This document shows positions 48,888-58,697 of a DNA stretch of 64,000 nucleotides, piece by piece. The notes under the pieces are model-generated. The model worked only from the letters and a program-made list of their open reading frames with translations. It did no database searches and had not been told where the DNA came from. The number at the start of each line of letters is the position of its first letter. The stretch's first letter is position 1. The position numbers and the translations under genes are program-made. The stretch comes from Candidatus Thorarchaeota archaeon (GTDB lineage: Archaea > Asgardarchaeota > Thorarchaeia > Thorarchaeales > Thorarchaeaceae): the NCBI GenBank assembly GCA_963726195.1, contig CAVSBO010000015.1, positions 32,001-96,000 on the forward strand, given 5' to 3'.

Positions 48888-49724
48888 ATGAGTCCAGAAA
48901 CAAGACCAGACTTTCTTATCACACCCGAAGGTCTGAGGTTAGATGGTCGTAGATTCGATGAGCTGAGGCCGATTGAGCTTCAGTGTGGTGTGCTGAAAAC
49001 CGCAGACGGGTCTGCTTCGATACGACAGGGCAAGACATACATCTTGGCAGCTGTCTATGGTCCGCGAGAGCTCCATCCTCGCCATCTCACCCTAGGTGAC
49101 AGGGCATTCCTAAGATGCGTCTACAGGATGGCGACGTTTTCGGTACCTGACAGAAAGAAGGCTGCCCCCTCACGGCGAGAGCGTGAAATCTCTATGGTCG
49201 TGTCGAATGCACTGGAACCAGCCATATTCTTAGAGGAGTTTCCAAAGACGGTCATCGATGTCTTCTTGCAGGTAATCCAAGCAGACGGGGGAACTCGATG
49301 TGCTTCAATCACTGCAGCTTCTCTCGCTTTGGCGGATGCAGGTATCCCAATGCGCAGCCTCGTTCCTGCAGTTGCCGTTGGCAAGGCCGATGGCAAGCTG
49401 ATTGTAGACCTAGGCGATGAAGAGGACAAGTATGGTCAGGGTGATGTACCAATAGCGATTCTTCCACGTACTGAAGAGTTGACACTTCTTCAACAGGACG
49501 GCTACTTCACACGCGAGGAGTTCCTAGAGGCCATGCAAATGGGCATCACCGCATGCAAGTACATCCACGAACTCCAGAAGGACGCTCTTAAGCGAGCATA
49601 TGCGAAAAGGGCACCTGAAGGGTCGGAAGAGGAAGAGGACGAAGATGAGGGCGGATCGGAATACGAGGACAACCTTGAGGCCGATATCGGCGACTCCGAC
49701 TACGACGAGGAGGATGAGCGATAA
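48888..49724 (+). CDS. rrp41: Exosome exoribonuclease Rrp41 with an acidic C-terminal tail
   Basis: 'RLDGRRFDELRP', 'VYGPRE', 'YRMATFS', 'DGGTR', 'DL..EED..G..D.P'. Confidence 0.96.
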   Translation: MSPETRPDFLITPEGLRLDGRRFDELRPIELQCGVLKTADGSASIRQGKTYILAAVYGPRELHPRHLTLGDRAFLRCVYRMATFSVPDRKKAAPSRREREISMVVSNALEPAIFLEEFPKTVIDVFLQVIQADGGTRCASITAASLALADAGIPMRSLVPAVAVGKADGKLIVDLGDEEDKYGQGDVPIAILPRTEELTLLQQDGYFTREEFLEAMQMGITACKYIHELQKDALKRAYAKRAPEGSEEEEDEDEGGSEYEDNLEADIGDSDYDEEDER

Positions 49725-50588
49725 ATGGGAGACTTCAGTGCCGAAGTAATCAGCCATATTGACCGCAACTATATCATGGAGCTTCTCAAGAAGGGTGAGA
49801 GAATTGACGGGAGAACCTTTGACCAGTACAGACCCATTGACATCCAAGTTGATGTAGTTCCTGCAAAGGCTGACGGTTCAGCGATTGTAAAGCTTGGCGA
49901 TACGAGTGTCATTGCCGGCGTTAAGGTACTAGTCGGCGAGCCATTCCCGGATACACCCGATGAGGGCGTAACCATGATTTCTGCAGAGATGGCACCAATC
50001 GCATCTCCGCTCTTTGAGGTTGGGCCTCCGAAGGAGGATGCCATAGAGCTGGCCAGAGTGGTTGACCGTGGTGTCCGAGAGTCTGAGACAGTAGATGCCA
50101 AGGCGTTGTGCATTGAGTCTGGCAAGAAGGTCTACATGGTCTTTGTGGATATCTACCCGCTCGAGCACGATGGCAATCTAATCGATGCCTCATCCATTGC
50201 CTCCAACGTGGCGGTGATGACGACGAGGTTTCCAGAAATGAAGTTCGAAGACAAGGAGGTCGTACCAACAGGTAGGCTGATTCCGATTCCAATCAAGAAC
50301 TTGGCAGTGGAGTGTACCATTGTCAAGATTGGTAAGAATCTGATAGTCGACCCCGTCCTGAAGGAAGAGTTTGTTCAGGACTGCAGGCTGACTATATCAG
50401 TAGATCAGAATGATAACCTGACGGCCATGCAGAAGGGCGGAGGCTCTGGCCCGATATCTCTGAAGGAAATTGAATCGGCCATTGACATTGCACTTCGAAG
50501 ATCGAAGGACATCAGGAAAATCACCGAGGAAGCAGTCAAGTCAAAGAAGCCACCAGAGGAACCAGCGAAGTCAAAGAAGTCGCGTTAA
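49725..50588 (+). CDS. rrp42: Exosome subunit Rrp42
   Basis: 'RIDGR', 'PFPDTPDEG', 'ELARVVDRGVRES', 'DGNLIDA', 'QKGG'. Confidence 0.96.
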   Translation: MGDFSAEVISHIDRNYIMELLKKGERIDGRTFDQYRPIDIQVDVVPAKADGSAIVKLGDTSVIAGVKVLVGEPFPDTPDEGVTMISAEMAPIASPLFEVGPPKEDAIELARVVDRGVRESETVDAKALCIESGKKVYMVFVDIYPLEHDGNLIDASSIASNVAVMTTRFPEMKFEDKEVVPTGRLIPIPIKNLAVECTIVKIGKNLIVDPVLKEEFVQDCRLTISVDQNDNLTAMQKGGGSGPISLKEIESAIDIALRRSKDIRKITEEAVKSKKPPEEPAKSKKSR

Positions 50589-50591
50589 GTG

Positions 50592-50629
50592 TTATATGAG
50601 TGCTTCTACGACCTGGAGCACTCATGTAA
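50592..50629 (+). terminator. Strong stem-loop just after the rrp42 stop (terminator, processing or stability element)
   Basis: TTATATGAGTGCTTC-N8-GGAGCACTCATGTAA: 15-bp stem whose only two non-Watson-Crick pairs are U.G on the + strand. Confidence 0.5.
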
Positions 50630-50747
50630 TGCTTTGATAGATAGATATGCTAATAAGACGAACCAACCCGCGAGAGTCAAACCCTGCCTTCCCCGTATGG
50701 GGAATCGTTTCTGGGTAATGCTCGCATGCATCTAGGAGAGCAGTAAG

Positions 50748-51053
50748 ATGCCACGAACCAAGAAAGTGCATAGCACAGGCAGATTCGGTGCAAGATACGG
50801 TGCTAAACTTCGTCGCAGAGTCCTCGACATCGATAACAAGCGACATGAACCACATCGTTGTCCATCGTGCGCGACACGTGCTGCTCTGAAACGAGAGGCT
50901 GCCGGCCTGTGGAGATGCAGCAAGTGCGGTCTGCTTTTCGCCGGGGGCGCCTATGTTCCGTATACTGAAGCAGGGAAGGCTGCGCTTCGTGCAGTCTCAC
51001 AGAGGGTATCAGGTGACTTTCTCGCTCTTCAAAGCGAAGAGAAGGCCGAGTAG
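50748..51053 (+). CDS. rpl37ae: 50S ribosomal protein L37Ae (eL43)
   Basis: 'GRFGARYG..LR', 'CPSC', 'GLWRCSKC', 'AGGAY'. Confidence 0.97.
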   Translation: MPRTKKVHSTGRFGARYGAKLRRRVLDIDNKRHEPHRCPSCATRAALKREAAGLWRCSKCGLLFAGGAYVPYTEAGKAALRAVSQRVSGDFLALQSEEKAE

Positions 51054-51090
51054 TCATTCCGTGATGCCCAGTTAGCCCGGGGGGCTTCGA

Positions 51091-51663
51091 GTGCCCTCAG
51101 TACTCATAACAACGTCGCGGAGGACGTCAAATCGTGTGCGTTCCTTCACCCGCGATCTGATGTCAGTCTTTCCGAATAGTGAAAGGTTCAATCGTGGCGG
51201 TATGAGTCTTGAGGAACTTATCGCTAGGACCAAGCAATCCGGAGCAAAAGCTGTGCTCATAGTGTCGATTTCGAAAGGGAATCCTCACGAACTCAGCATC
51301 ATCTCGGCTACAGGGGATACAATGCTCTCGGCTTTGATAGACAGCGTACAGTTGCGTAGAGAGATACATCCGTCACAGGCTCCTCGCATCAATGACATTC
51401 TTGAAATCGAAGTTGGTGATTCGCCCAGCGCACAGGCTCGGCAGATTTCAGAGATGATGTCTTCCTTGATGGAAGTACCTTTGAAGGCGTCTGGAAGCGT
51501 GGCGCCGCTGGGAGAGCAGGGTGTCAATCTGGCAATCATGAGATTTGTAGACATTTCTCAGGGCAGACTTATTTGGACTTACCATCATGCGTATGATGGA
51601 ATCGAGATTGGCCCACGAATTCGCGTCTTTTCTGTGAGGAGGATTACGCCCAATGAGTATTAG
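51091..51663 (+). CDS. Brix-domain ribosome biogenesis protein (Imp4-like)
   Basis: 'LITTSRRTSNRVRSF', 'NRGGMSL', 'GNP', 'GPRI'; canonical superoperon position. Confidence 0.85.
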   Translation: MPSVLITTSRRTSNRVRSFTRDLMSVFPNSERFNRGGMSLEELIARTKQSGAKAVLIVSISKGNPHELSIISATGDTMLSALIDSVQLRREIHPSQAPRINDILEIEVGDSPSAQARQISEMMSSLMEVPLKASGSVAPLGEQGVNLAIMRFVDISQGRLIWTYHHAYDGIEIGPRIRVFSVRRITPNEY

Positions 51664-51922
51664 GATGCTCGGCGGTCATGCAGTTCTCGAAATCGATCTA
51701 GAATCGAGTCAGATGGCAGAGACCATCAGGTCGGCCCTAGAACCAGAGACTGACTCAGTCCCTTCTGAACGCTCAGCAACTCAGGTGCGTGCAGAGGGCA
51801 CGAGGCTCATCATTGAAATCACTGCCGAGGATCTAACTGCTCTGCGGGCCGCGATGAATTCATACTTGGCATGGATATCCGGTTCCAAGAGGGCGCTGGA
51901 ATCTGTTGATCAGGAGTCCTGA
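51653..51922 (+). CDS. pcc1: KEOPS complex subunit Pcc1
   Basis: 'ALEPE', 'AEDLTALRAAMNSYLAWI'. Confidence 0.88.
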   Translation: MSIRMLGGHAVLEIDLESSQMAETIRSALEPETDSVPSERSATQVRAEGTRLIIEITAEDLTALRAAMNSYLAWISGSKRALESVDQES

Positions 51923-52028
51923 TTGCTGCGAAAGAGGGCAGCGTGAAGCTCACAGGGGAAAACGCTTAAGTTCCGAGCCCAGCCTCGCATCGGAGATAGA
52001 CTAGTATTTCTCATGGAGTGGTCATATT

Positions 52029-52392
52029 ATGGCACAGAGGGTTCCTCCGAATCTTGAGCCAAGACTGGGTGAATACAGAAAGATGCTGGATGAATACGAA
52101 AGTTACTCGGCAACAGCAACTTTGTGGGAGAATCAAGTTAGCGAGCTGAGGTAGGACACTGGAAGAGCTGGGCAAACAGCCTGATGATGTTGTCACTTAC
52201 AAGGTAGTGGGCCAAGTAATGTTCAGGGTGGAAAAATCGAAGATTATGGAAGAAATGCAGGCCGAGAAAGAAGAGAAGGAAAGAAGTCTCGCCACTTTGA
52301 AGAGGAAGATTGAAACCAAAGCCACGAAGATCAAGGAGAAACACGATGAGCTGCAGGTGGAGCTGAGCAAACAGAATCTAAGGCTTCCGTGA
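52029..52392 (+). CDS. pfdB: Prefoldin beta subunit; frameshift near 52150
   Basis: MAQRVPPNLE...ENQVSEL / RTLEELGKQPDDVVTYKVVGQVMF...coiled coil; follows pcc1. Confidence 0.85.
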
Positions 52393-52706
52393 GAGAGATG
52401 AATCCGGTCGTTTCCATTGGACTGCCGAGTCTTACGGACTCGGATGTTGAGAAGCTGGCAGAAGAATGCGAGTCCGAGATTAGCAGGTTCATCCTCGGAA
52501 AAGCCCCAAGAAAAAGCATCTCCGACATGTCTGTCGTCTGCAGGATGGAGTTGTCTCCTGACCGAAGCCAGCTTGACACTGACATCCAAGTAGACATCTC
52601 GCAGAGTTATGACACGGGACAATCACTGGACCATCTGGTCGATGAGGCAACCAAGCGAGCCTACGCTTGGCTTGAGAGGCGATTGATGGAGATGAAGGGA
52701 GCTTGA
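52389..52706 (+). CDS. DUF3194-like protein
   Basis: 'IGLPSLTDSDVEKLAEECE..I..FI'; position between pfdB and the DHH gene. Confidence 0.6.
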   Translation: MREMNPVVSIGLPSLTDSDVEKLAEECESEISRFILGKAPRKSISDMSVVCRMELSPDRSQLDTDIQVDISQSYDTGQSLDHLVDEATKRAYAWLERRLMEMKGA

Positions 52707-53710
52707 GCATAAGAGCACTTCTTGAGGAATCGTCAAGCCTGCTCATTCTTGGTCATCAAAACGCAGACCCTGATGCTGTCTGTTCCATGGCCGCCATCGC
52801 TGAGATGTACAGGTTCGTCAACAAAGACGGGACAGTTAGTCTGGTTTGCGATGATGTCAGCCGTCTTGCTACACAGGTGCTTCAGACCTTCGCGCCCGGG
52901 ATAACAGTGTCGCGGGCTGTGGAGGGAGAGTATGAGCTTATCATAATTGTTGATGCAAACAACAGATTCCAGCTTGGTGAAGCCCTCAAGTCATTCAGGA
53001 ATGACCCATCCAAGACTATTCTAATCGATCACCACGAACCAAGCTCTGAAGCTAACGAGATAGCAGAGCATCTGGTGGTCAAGAGCGACAAGTCATCTGC
53101 CTGTGAAATCATCATCGATCTATTCGATGACCTAGGCTTGTCCTTCACTGAGACCACAGCTAACCTCTTGCTTGCAGGGATTCTATTCGATACCAGGCGC
53201 TTCTTCTACACCACCGCCACCACATTGTCAACCGCAATCAGACTTGTCAAAGCCGGAGCGAACTACCAAGCATGCGTTAATGCTCTCGTGACGAAACCCG
53301 ACCGGTCGGAGAAGATTGCAAGGCTGAAGGCCGCTGCGCGTTCGGAGACATACATTCTAGATGACTGGATAATTGTGACATCTAGAGTGAGCGCGTTTGA
53401 AGCAAGCGCCTGTCGTGCTCTGATTGAATTGGGCGCAGACGTAGCAATCGTAGGGGGAACTCCCTCAAAGGATATAGTCAGGATAAGCTCTCGTAGCACG
53501 ACCGAATTCTATCAACAAACACACATCAGCCTAGGGACGGATGTCATGGAACCTCTGGGTGAAATAATCGGCGGCGCGGGTGGCGGGCATCCAAATGCGG
53601 CAGGAGCCAACGGCAAGAGGAACTGTGACAGAGCGCTTGCTAGGTCCGTGGAGCTCATCAGGGAGGGAATGAACAGAGGCAAGGTTCCCGTGAAGGAACC
53701 AGCGCCCTGA
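52703..53710 (+). CDS. DHH family phosphoesterase
   Basis: 'HQNADPDA', 'IIVDA', 'IDHH', 'GILFDT', 'GGGHPNAAG'. Confidence 0.92.
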   Translation: MSIRALLEESSSLLILGHQNADPDAVCSMAAIAEMYRFVNKDGTVSLVCDDVSRLATQVLQTFAPGITVSRAVEGEYELIIIVDANNRFQLGEALKSFRNDPSKTILIDHHEPSSEANEIAEHLVVKSDKSSACEIIIDLFDDLGLSFTETTANLLLAGILFDTRRFFYTTATTLSTAIRLVKAGANYQACVNALVTKPDRSEKIARLKAAARSETYILDDWIIVTSRVSAFEASACRALIELGADVAIVGGTPSKDIVRISSRSTTEFYQQTHISLGTDVMEPLGEIIGGAGGGHPNAAGANGKRNCDRALARSVELIREGMNRGKVPVKEPAP

Positions 53711-53719
53711 GGAGTCTGC

Positions 53720-54563
53720 ATGTCAATGGTTCTTTTGGAGTTTGTCGACTTCAGCTTCAAATACCTCGGGGCAGACTCTTTGGCTCTGAAACATATCAAT
53801 CTAAGAGTCGATCGGGGAGAATACGTAGTTGTAACTGGCCCGTCAGGCTGTGGAAAGACGACGCTATGCAGAGCGATTAACGGATTAGTTCCACACTTTC
53901 ATCGCGGCTACATCGGCGGGCACGTGTTTGTTGATGCGAAAGACACGAGAGAGAATGAGGTCTCTCAGCTGGCATCAGTGGCAGGTTCTCGTTTTCCAAG
54001 ATCCAGTCAATCAGCTCGTCACCCTGAACGTTGAGAGAGAACTCGCCTTTGGGCCTGAGAATCTGGGCGTAGAACCGGATGAAATCAGGCGGACAGTTGA
54101 AGAGCTGATATCTCGTCTACATCTTGAAGGTCTCCGTCAAAAGCACCCTCATGAGATGTCGGGGGGCGAGCAGCAGAGGGTGGCGTTGGCCGCAGTCCTT
54201 GCACTAAAGCCCAAGATTCTCGTGGCCGATGAGCCGACATCGAATCTGGATCCCAAGAGTGCTGAACTCATACTCGGTCTAATCGCTGAACTGAACAAGC
54301 AGGGAATGACTATCGTACTTGTAGAGCATAGACTAGACCTTGTGTCAAAGGATGCAACTCGGATTATCCTAATGGACAACGGGTCGATTGTCGCTGATGG
54401 CCCTCCTCGAGACGTTCTAATCACGGACCTCTGCCAGCAGATTGGTATCGGGATTCCGAAGGCTACTCAGGTGTACAAGCGGCTGCTATCCCGAGGCATT
54501 CTGCTGCCTTGGGTCCCTCTGACAGGTGAAGAGCTCGCGACTGCCGTGGAGGAGGCCAGATAG
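53720..54563 (+). CDS. ECF transporter ATPase A1; frameshift near 53985
   Basis: 'GPSGCGKTT', 'VFQDP..Q', 'FGPENLG', 'MSGGEQQRV', 'DEPTSNLD', 'EHRL'. Confidence 0.9.
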
Positions 54564-54565
54564 CA

Positions 54566-55396
54566 GTGATAATGCTTGATGACGTTTACTTCAGCTACGA
54601 AGGAATCTACACTGCACTTAGAGGGGTCTCCCTGCAGATTGACGATGGAGAAAGAGTTGCAATCATGGGAGCAAATGGCGCGGGCAAGACCACTCTAATG
54701 AAGCATTTGAACGGCTTGCTTCGCCCACAGAAAGGCCGCGTCTTTCTGGATGGCAGAGATACGAGCAAGCTTTCCGTAGCGGAGATGGCAAGAGTCGTAG
54801 GGCTTGTCTTTCAGTCACCAGATTATCAGCTCTTCTTGGATTCCGTTCACAGTGAGATAGCATTCGGCCTTAGGAACCTTCGCTTCACCGACGAGGAGGT
54901 CGAACAGCGTTGTTCGAAGACAATGGAGCGTCTTGGACTCACCGGACTGTCTGAACGCTCTCCATTTGATTTGTCCGGTGGCGAAAGGAAACGTGTAGCA
55001 TTGGCGTCAGTCCTAGCGGTTGAGCCGCGGGTCCTTGCCCTTGATGAGCCAACAATAGGACAGGACGCGCGGCAGAAGGAACGACTAGCTGAGCTTCTCA
55101 TGGACCTCAACAAAGCAGGACGTACTGTCATTGTTGTCACGCACGACATTGAGTTCATTGTTGAGTATTTTCCCAGAACAGTTGCGATGGCAAATGGCAA
55201 GATAGTTGCGGATGGTCCAACCAATTCAGTGCTGAGTAATGAAAGAGCAATCGAAATGTGCTCTCTCACGTACCCTCAAATGACGCAGGCTGCGCGGGCA
55301 ATGAGACATGTCTTTCCTCGGGTGTCAGACCGTCTAACTTCATTGACAGAAGTGGAGGACACTATTGTGGGTCTATTGGGAGGAGGGCGGCAATGA
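54566..55396 (+). CDS. ECF transporter ATPase A2
   Basis: 'GANGAGKTT', 'VFQSPDYQLF', 'LSGGERKRV', 'DEPTIGQD'. Confidence 0.92.
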   Translation: MIMLDDVYFSYEGIYTALRGVSLQIDDGERVAIMGANGAGKTTLMKHLNGLLRPQKGRVFLDGRDTSKLSVAEMARVVGLVFQSPDYQLFLDSVHSEIAFGLRNLRFTDEEVEQRCSKTMERLGLTGLSERSPFDLSGGERKRVALASVLAVEPRVLALDEPTIGQDARQKERLAELLMDLNKAGRTVIVVTHDIEFIVEYFPRTVAMANGKIVADGPTNSVLSNERAIEMCSLTYPQMTQAARAMRHVFPRVSDRLTSLTEVEDTIVGLLGGGRQ

Positions 55397-56172
55397 GTCT
55401 GCTCGGTTTTCTAGAGGTCTTCGAATACACCCGCAGAGATTCCATGGTACACAGTCTTGACCCGAGGTCCAAGTTGTTTCTCTCGATTGTCTGTGCTTTG
55501 ATTTCCGTCCTTTTCGCAGATATCCTGCCTCTCCTGATTGTTCTCTTCTGCCTGCTGCCTTTGATTGCATTGGCCAAGTCGATGAGGCGATGGGCAAGGA
55601 GCATGAAAGGTCTCTCAATACTTCTCGTCATGGTTATCGTCTTCAACACTCTGCTGTCTCCGGTGAGTAACCCCTTCTCACGTTCAATTGCATTGACAAT
55701 TCGCTTGATGGCATTGATGACGTCAATATCGATCTTCTTCTTGACAGTACATCCCGATCAGCTCTCACAAGCACTTATCCAGATGCATGTGAAATTCGAG
55801 TTTGCGTTCGCGATGAGCATGGCCATGAGATATGTCCCTACATTGGCTCAAGAAGCATATGCGATAATGGACTCACAAAAGGCTCGTGGAGTGGAACTTG
55901 ACAAAGGCAACCTCATCAAACGAATACGGAACATCATACCAATTATCGTTCCCATGATTATAGTCTCAATGCGGAGAGCATTGTCAATAGCGGAAAGCAT
56001 GGAATCTAGAGGATTCGGTGCATCCAAGAAGCGCACATACATGGACAGACTCAGGTTCAGAAAGCGAGACTGGGCTGTAGTGCTGACATCTCTGTTGGCG
56101 CTCTTCTTGTTGATGTACGTGAAGCTGTACATTCCTCTGCCCGATTGGCTCCTATGGTCTCTCCCGTTCTAA
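55393..56172 (+). CDS. ecfT: ECF transporter transmembrane component T
   Basis: 'HSLDPRSK', 'RYVP', 'QKARG', 'MESRGF'. Confidence 0.92.
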   Translation: MSLLGFLEVFEYTRRDSMVHSLDPRSKLFLSIVCALISVLFADILPLLIVLFCLLPLIALAKSMRRWARSMKGLSILLVMVIVFNTLLSPVSNPFSRSIALTIRLMALMTSISIFFLTVHPDQLSQALIQMHVKFEFAFAMSMAMRYVPTLAQEAYAIMDSQKARGVELDKGNLIKRIRNIIPIIVPMIIVSMRRALSIAESMESRGFGASKKRTYMDRLRFRKRDWAVVLTSLLALFLLMYVKLYIPLPDWLLWSLPF

Positions 56173-56254
56173 TTGGCGATGATATCTCTGGTAGAGGAGC
56201 AACTCGTCCATGCTCAGAGAATTTATCTTGAGGTTGCGCCAGTAATCTTAGCTA

Positions 56255-56839
56255 ATGACAGGGGACAAGAAACTGAAACTGCCTTCGAGGGACAAGTATT
56301 CAGTAGGGGATTTGTTGGACGATTTGAAGTTAATCGAGCCCATTCCTTCAAGTCTGTACAAGATTGGTTCTGAGGTCGTTTACTACGAGTGGACATGCTG
56401 CAAGGACAAGCAAGGCGACGAGAGTTCAGTTACCAATGGACTCTCCCAGCTACTCAGTTTCATGCAAGGCGGATATGAGGAGAGACTGGTCAAGGGGGAT
56501 TTATGGAGGACAACCGACACTCCAAAGGCTGCAATTCTCCAGTTTCAGAAGGATATACCAAACGAGCTCATGAATTACACGCTTGAACGGCCAGCAGACT
56601 TTATCCAAGGCGTTCTACAATCGGCATACACGCAGCAGCTCCACGATTTGAAGGACTACGAACGGCTCGAAGAAGGTGTTCGCACAGAGATCAAGGCCTC
56701 CCCGGATGATGCTGATTTGTACAATAAGCTGAGGCTGCTACTCTGGGTCCTAGGTCGCTACAAGGAATCCAGCCAAGCATTCAGGGTAGCCAAGAAGCTT
56801 GGATGGAATCCGGAGACCAGCAAACTGGTCGGGCTGTGA
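56255..56839 (+). CDS. Hypothetical protein with a C-terminal TPR-like repeat
   Basis: 'PDDADLYNKLRLLLWVLGRYKESSQAFRVAKKL'. Confidence 0.65.
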   Translation: MTGDKKLKLPSRDKYSVGDLLDDLKLIEPIPSSLYKIGSEVVYYEWTCCKDKQGDESSVTNGLSQLLSFMQGGYEERLVKGDLWRTTDTPKAAILQFQKDIPNELMNYTLERPADFIQGVLQSAYTQQLHDLKDYERLEEGVRTEIKASPDDADLYNKLRLLLWVLGRYKESSQAFRVAKKLGWNPETSKLVGL

Positions 56840-56943
56840 GCAATTCCGAACAGGATGTGCTATACTGTCCCACACGAGAATCAACAAATCGCCTTCGCAC
56901 TCACCAAGTAACGGCAGAAGCGAAACGGCCAAATGATACCTCG

Positions 56944-57347
56944 ATGTCGTACACTCTCATGATGAGTCTCTTCGGGCGATTCGTGATTATCGCAATCGTT
57001 GTTGTGACTATCGTGGACTTTGTCGGGTACTATGCGATAAACGACGACCCAACAAGACTGACAATACCGTTCATTGTTAGTTGGACAAAGTTGGACACAG
57101 GAGCCTTCGCCCGCCCAAGAACGGCATTGGGCTCAAGCTCCTTGAGGCCGAGTTCGTGTCGTGCTAGCCTCGATCGTGTCTCTCACCACTTGGGCTTATA
57201 AGCTCCCACAAATCAATGTCCAAGTTTGTCCAAGTTCTCGGCAGCTGCCGCATACCCTTCGTTATCATGATGATTCTTGGAACGATAATTCCATTGGCAA
57301 TCAACTTCTGGTATTGGCTGGTCTTCAAGCAAAAGAGCACGCAATGA
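56944..57347 (+). CDS. Probable small membrane protein broken by several frameshifts
   Basis: Hydrophobic segments in successive frames (FVIIAIVVVTIVDF / VVLASIVSLTTW / FVIMMILGTIIPLAINFWYWLVF). Confidence 0.35.
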
Positions 57348-57491
57348 TGATTGATGCGAGGCGTGGAGTTCATCGACATCGCAGTTTCGATAAGAGACTA
57401 AGGTTTCAATCGGGAACCTGACCCAACGTGCCGCGGGGCAGTCCCGATGATATGGGTGTAGCTCACATCCAGACAGCGATGATTCGATGTC

Positions 57492-57986
57492 TCAATGCTT
57501 GATTCCGTAGTACGTCATCATGTCAACCTGTTTGCCGGCCAACTTCAAGTACATCCATAGCTGCATCTTGTGCATGGCCATGTGCGTGGTAAGCTCCTGC
57601 AAGTAATCGGCCCATCTCCTTGGTGGACCCTGTTCGTAGAATGGCTTCACCTTGGGATCAAGTATTTCCTTGTCCGTTAGTCGCTTGACATACTTGCTGA
57701 CCGAGTCTACACCTTGGTCGAAGACCTTCAGGATGTCTGGAAGCGAATCACGATTCAGTTTCTTTTCCATGACTTGAGCTTGTTCGGGCTTGGTAATCTC
57801 CCCGGAGAGAATGGCCAAGTCCATTTGCGGAGTCTGTGCAAGGTGGTTCGAAAGCTGTACAAGTGTTCGCATTCCTTGCTTTGCCTGAAACTTCGGGTCA
57901 ATGCCCTGTGTAGTTTCGATGACTACTCTTACCTGCTTGGCTTCGTGTGTGAAGCCGTCAAGCAGCACGCTAGCAATAGTAACCAT
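57492..57986 (-). CDS. DinB/YfiT family protein
   Basis: 'MRTLVQLSNHL', 'HMAMHKMQLWMYLKLAG' His triad. Confidence 0.85.
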   Translation of the reverse strand: MVTIASVLLDGFTHEAKQVRVVIETTQGIDPKFQAKQGMRTLVQLSNHLAQTPQMDLAILSGEITKPEQAQVMEKKLNRDSLPDILKVFDQGVDSVSKYVKRLTDKEILDPKVKPFYEQGPPRRWADYLQELTTHMAMHKMQLWMYLKLAGKQVDMMTYYGIKH

Positions 57987-58102
57987 ATTCACGTCCTCAG
58001 TTCTAGGAATCTGGGCTTCCTTCGAGATAGAGGTTTCGACTCCTAGACGAGTGCAAGAATATGGTGAAAGAAGCAGAATTAGACTATTCGATGGTGGCTC
58101 TT

Positions 58103-58420
58103 TCAACGCTTTAGATCTGAGAGTTCTACTGCAGAACCCTGAGTACAGTAGTACTTCCAACGAAGGCTCATAGTTTTAGCTATTGAGCACTTCGAGCATA
58201 GGCATCCCTTCTGATTATGGATTCCTTCTGATTTTCCTAGTGTACAGTATACCGCATTGATTTCTCCAGTTTCAGTGTTTGTTGGACACTTGCTGCATTG
58301 GCAAAGATGAATCACATTCTGTGCACTTCTCTTCTGGTCTGCCTCAGACATATTGCCCATCATCATGCTGTACTTTTCTTCGAAGGAAGCCTTGGGCCAT
58401 CTTTCATCTGGAGTTGCCAT
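58103..58420 (-). CDS. DUF2769-like Cys-rich protein
   Basis: 'CQCSKCPT', 'YCTLGKS', 'GCLCSKC', 'YYCTQG'. Confidence 0.75.
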   Translation of the reverse strand: MATPDERWPKASFEEKYSMMMGNMSEADQKRSAQNVIHLCQCSKCPTNTETGEINAVYCTLGKSEGIHNQKGCLCSKCSIAKTMSLRWKYYCTQGSAVELSDLKR

Positions 58421-58452
58421 TCACATCACCAGCATTTCACTCAGTGTATCGA

Positions 58453-58551
58453 GTTCGAGAGCTGTACGAGCGTTCGTATTCCTTGCTTTGCCTGAAACTT
58501 CGATTGATCCGCGTCCTCAGTTCAAGGAATCTGGGCTTCCTTCGAGATAGA
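58453..58551. repeat. Degenerate direct duplicate of the dinB 5' region with an internal deletion
   Basis: 58453..58502 matches 57846..57895 (46/50); 58512..58551 matches 57992..58031 (39/40). Confidence 0.9.
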
Positions 58552-58697
58552 TAGACGTTTCGGCTAACGTGGAATTCGAATCTCGTATTCACAGTGTGGC
58601 AGCCGGATGGTTTCTCATAAGTTGTGAAAGCTTAGCGCTTGGCTGCCACCATACTTCTTTATGTTGTCCTCGTGCATAAGGTACTCAGTGCGAGGAC

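Noticed and set aside
58380-58545. 12-bp inverted match TCGAAGGAAGCC / GGCTTCCTTCGA as possible MITE ends
   Set aside because: One arm lies inside the DUF2769 coding sequence, and I saw no target-site duplication or transposase; probably chance
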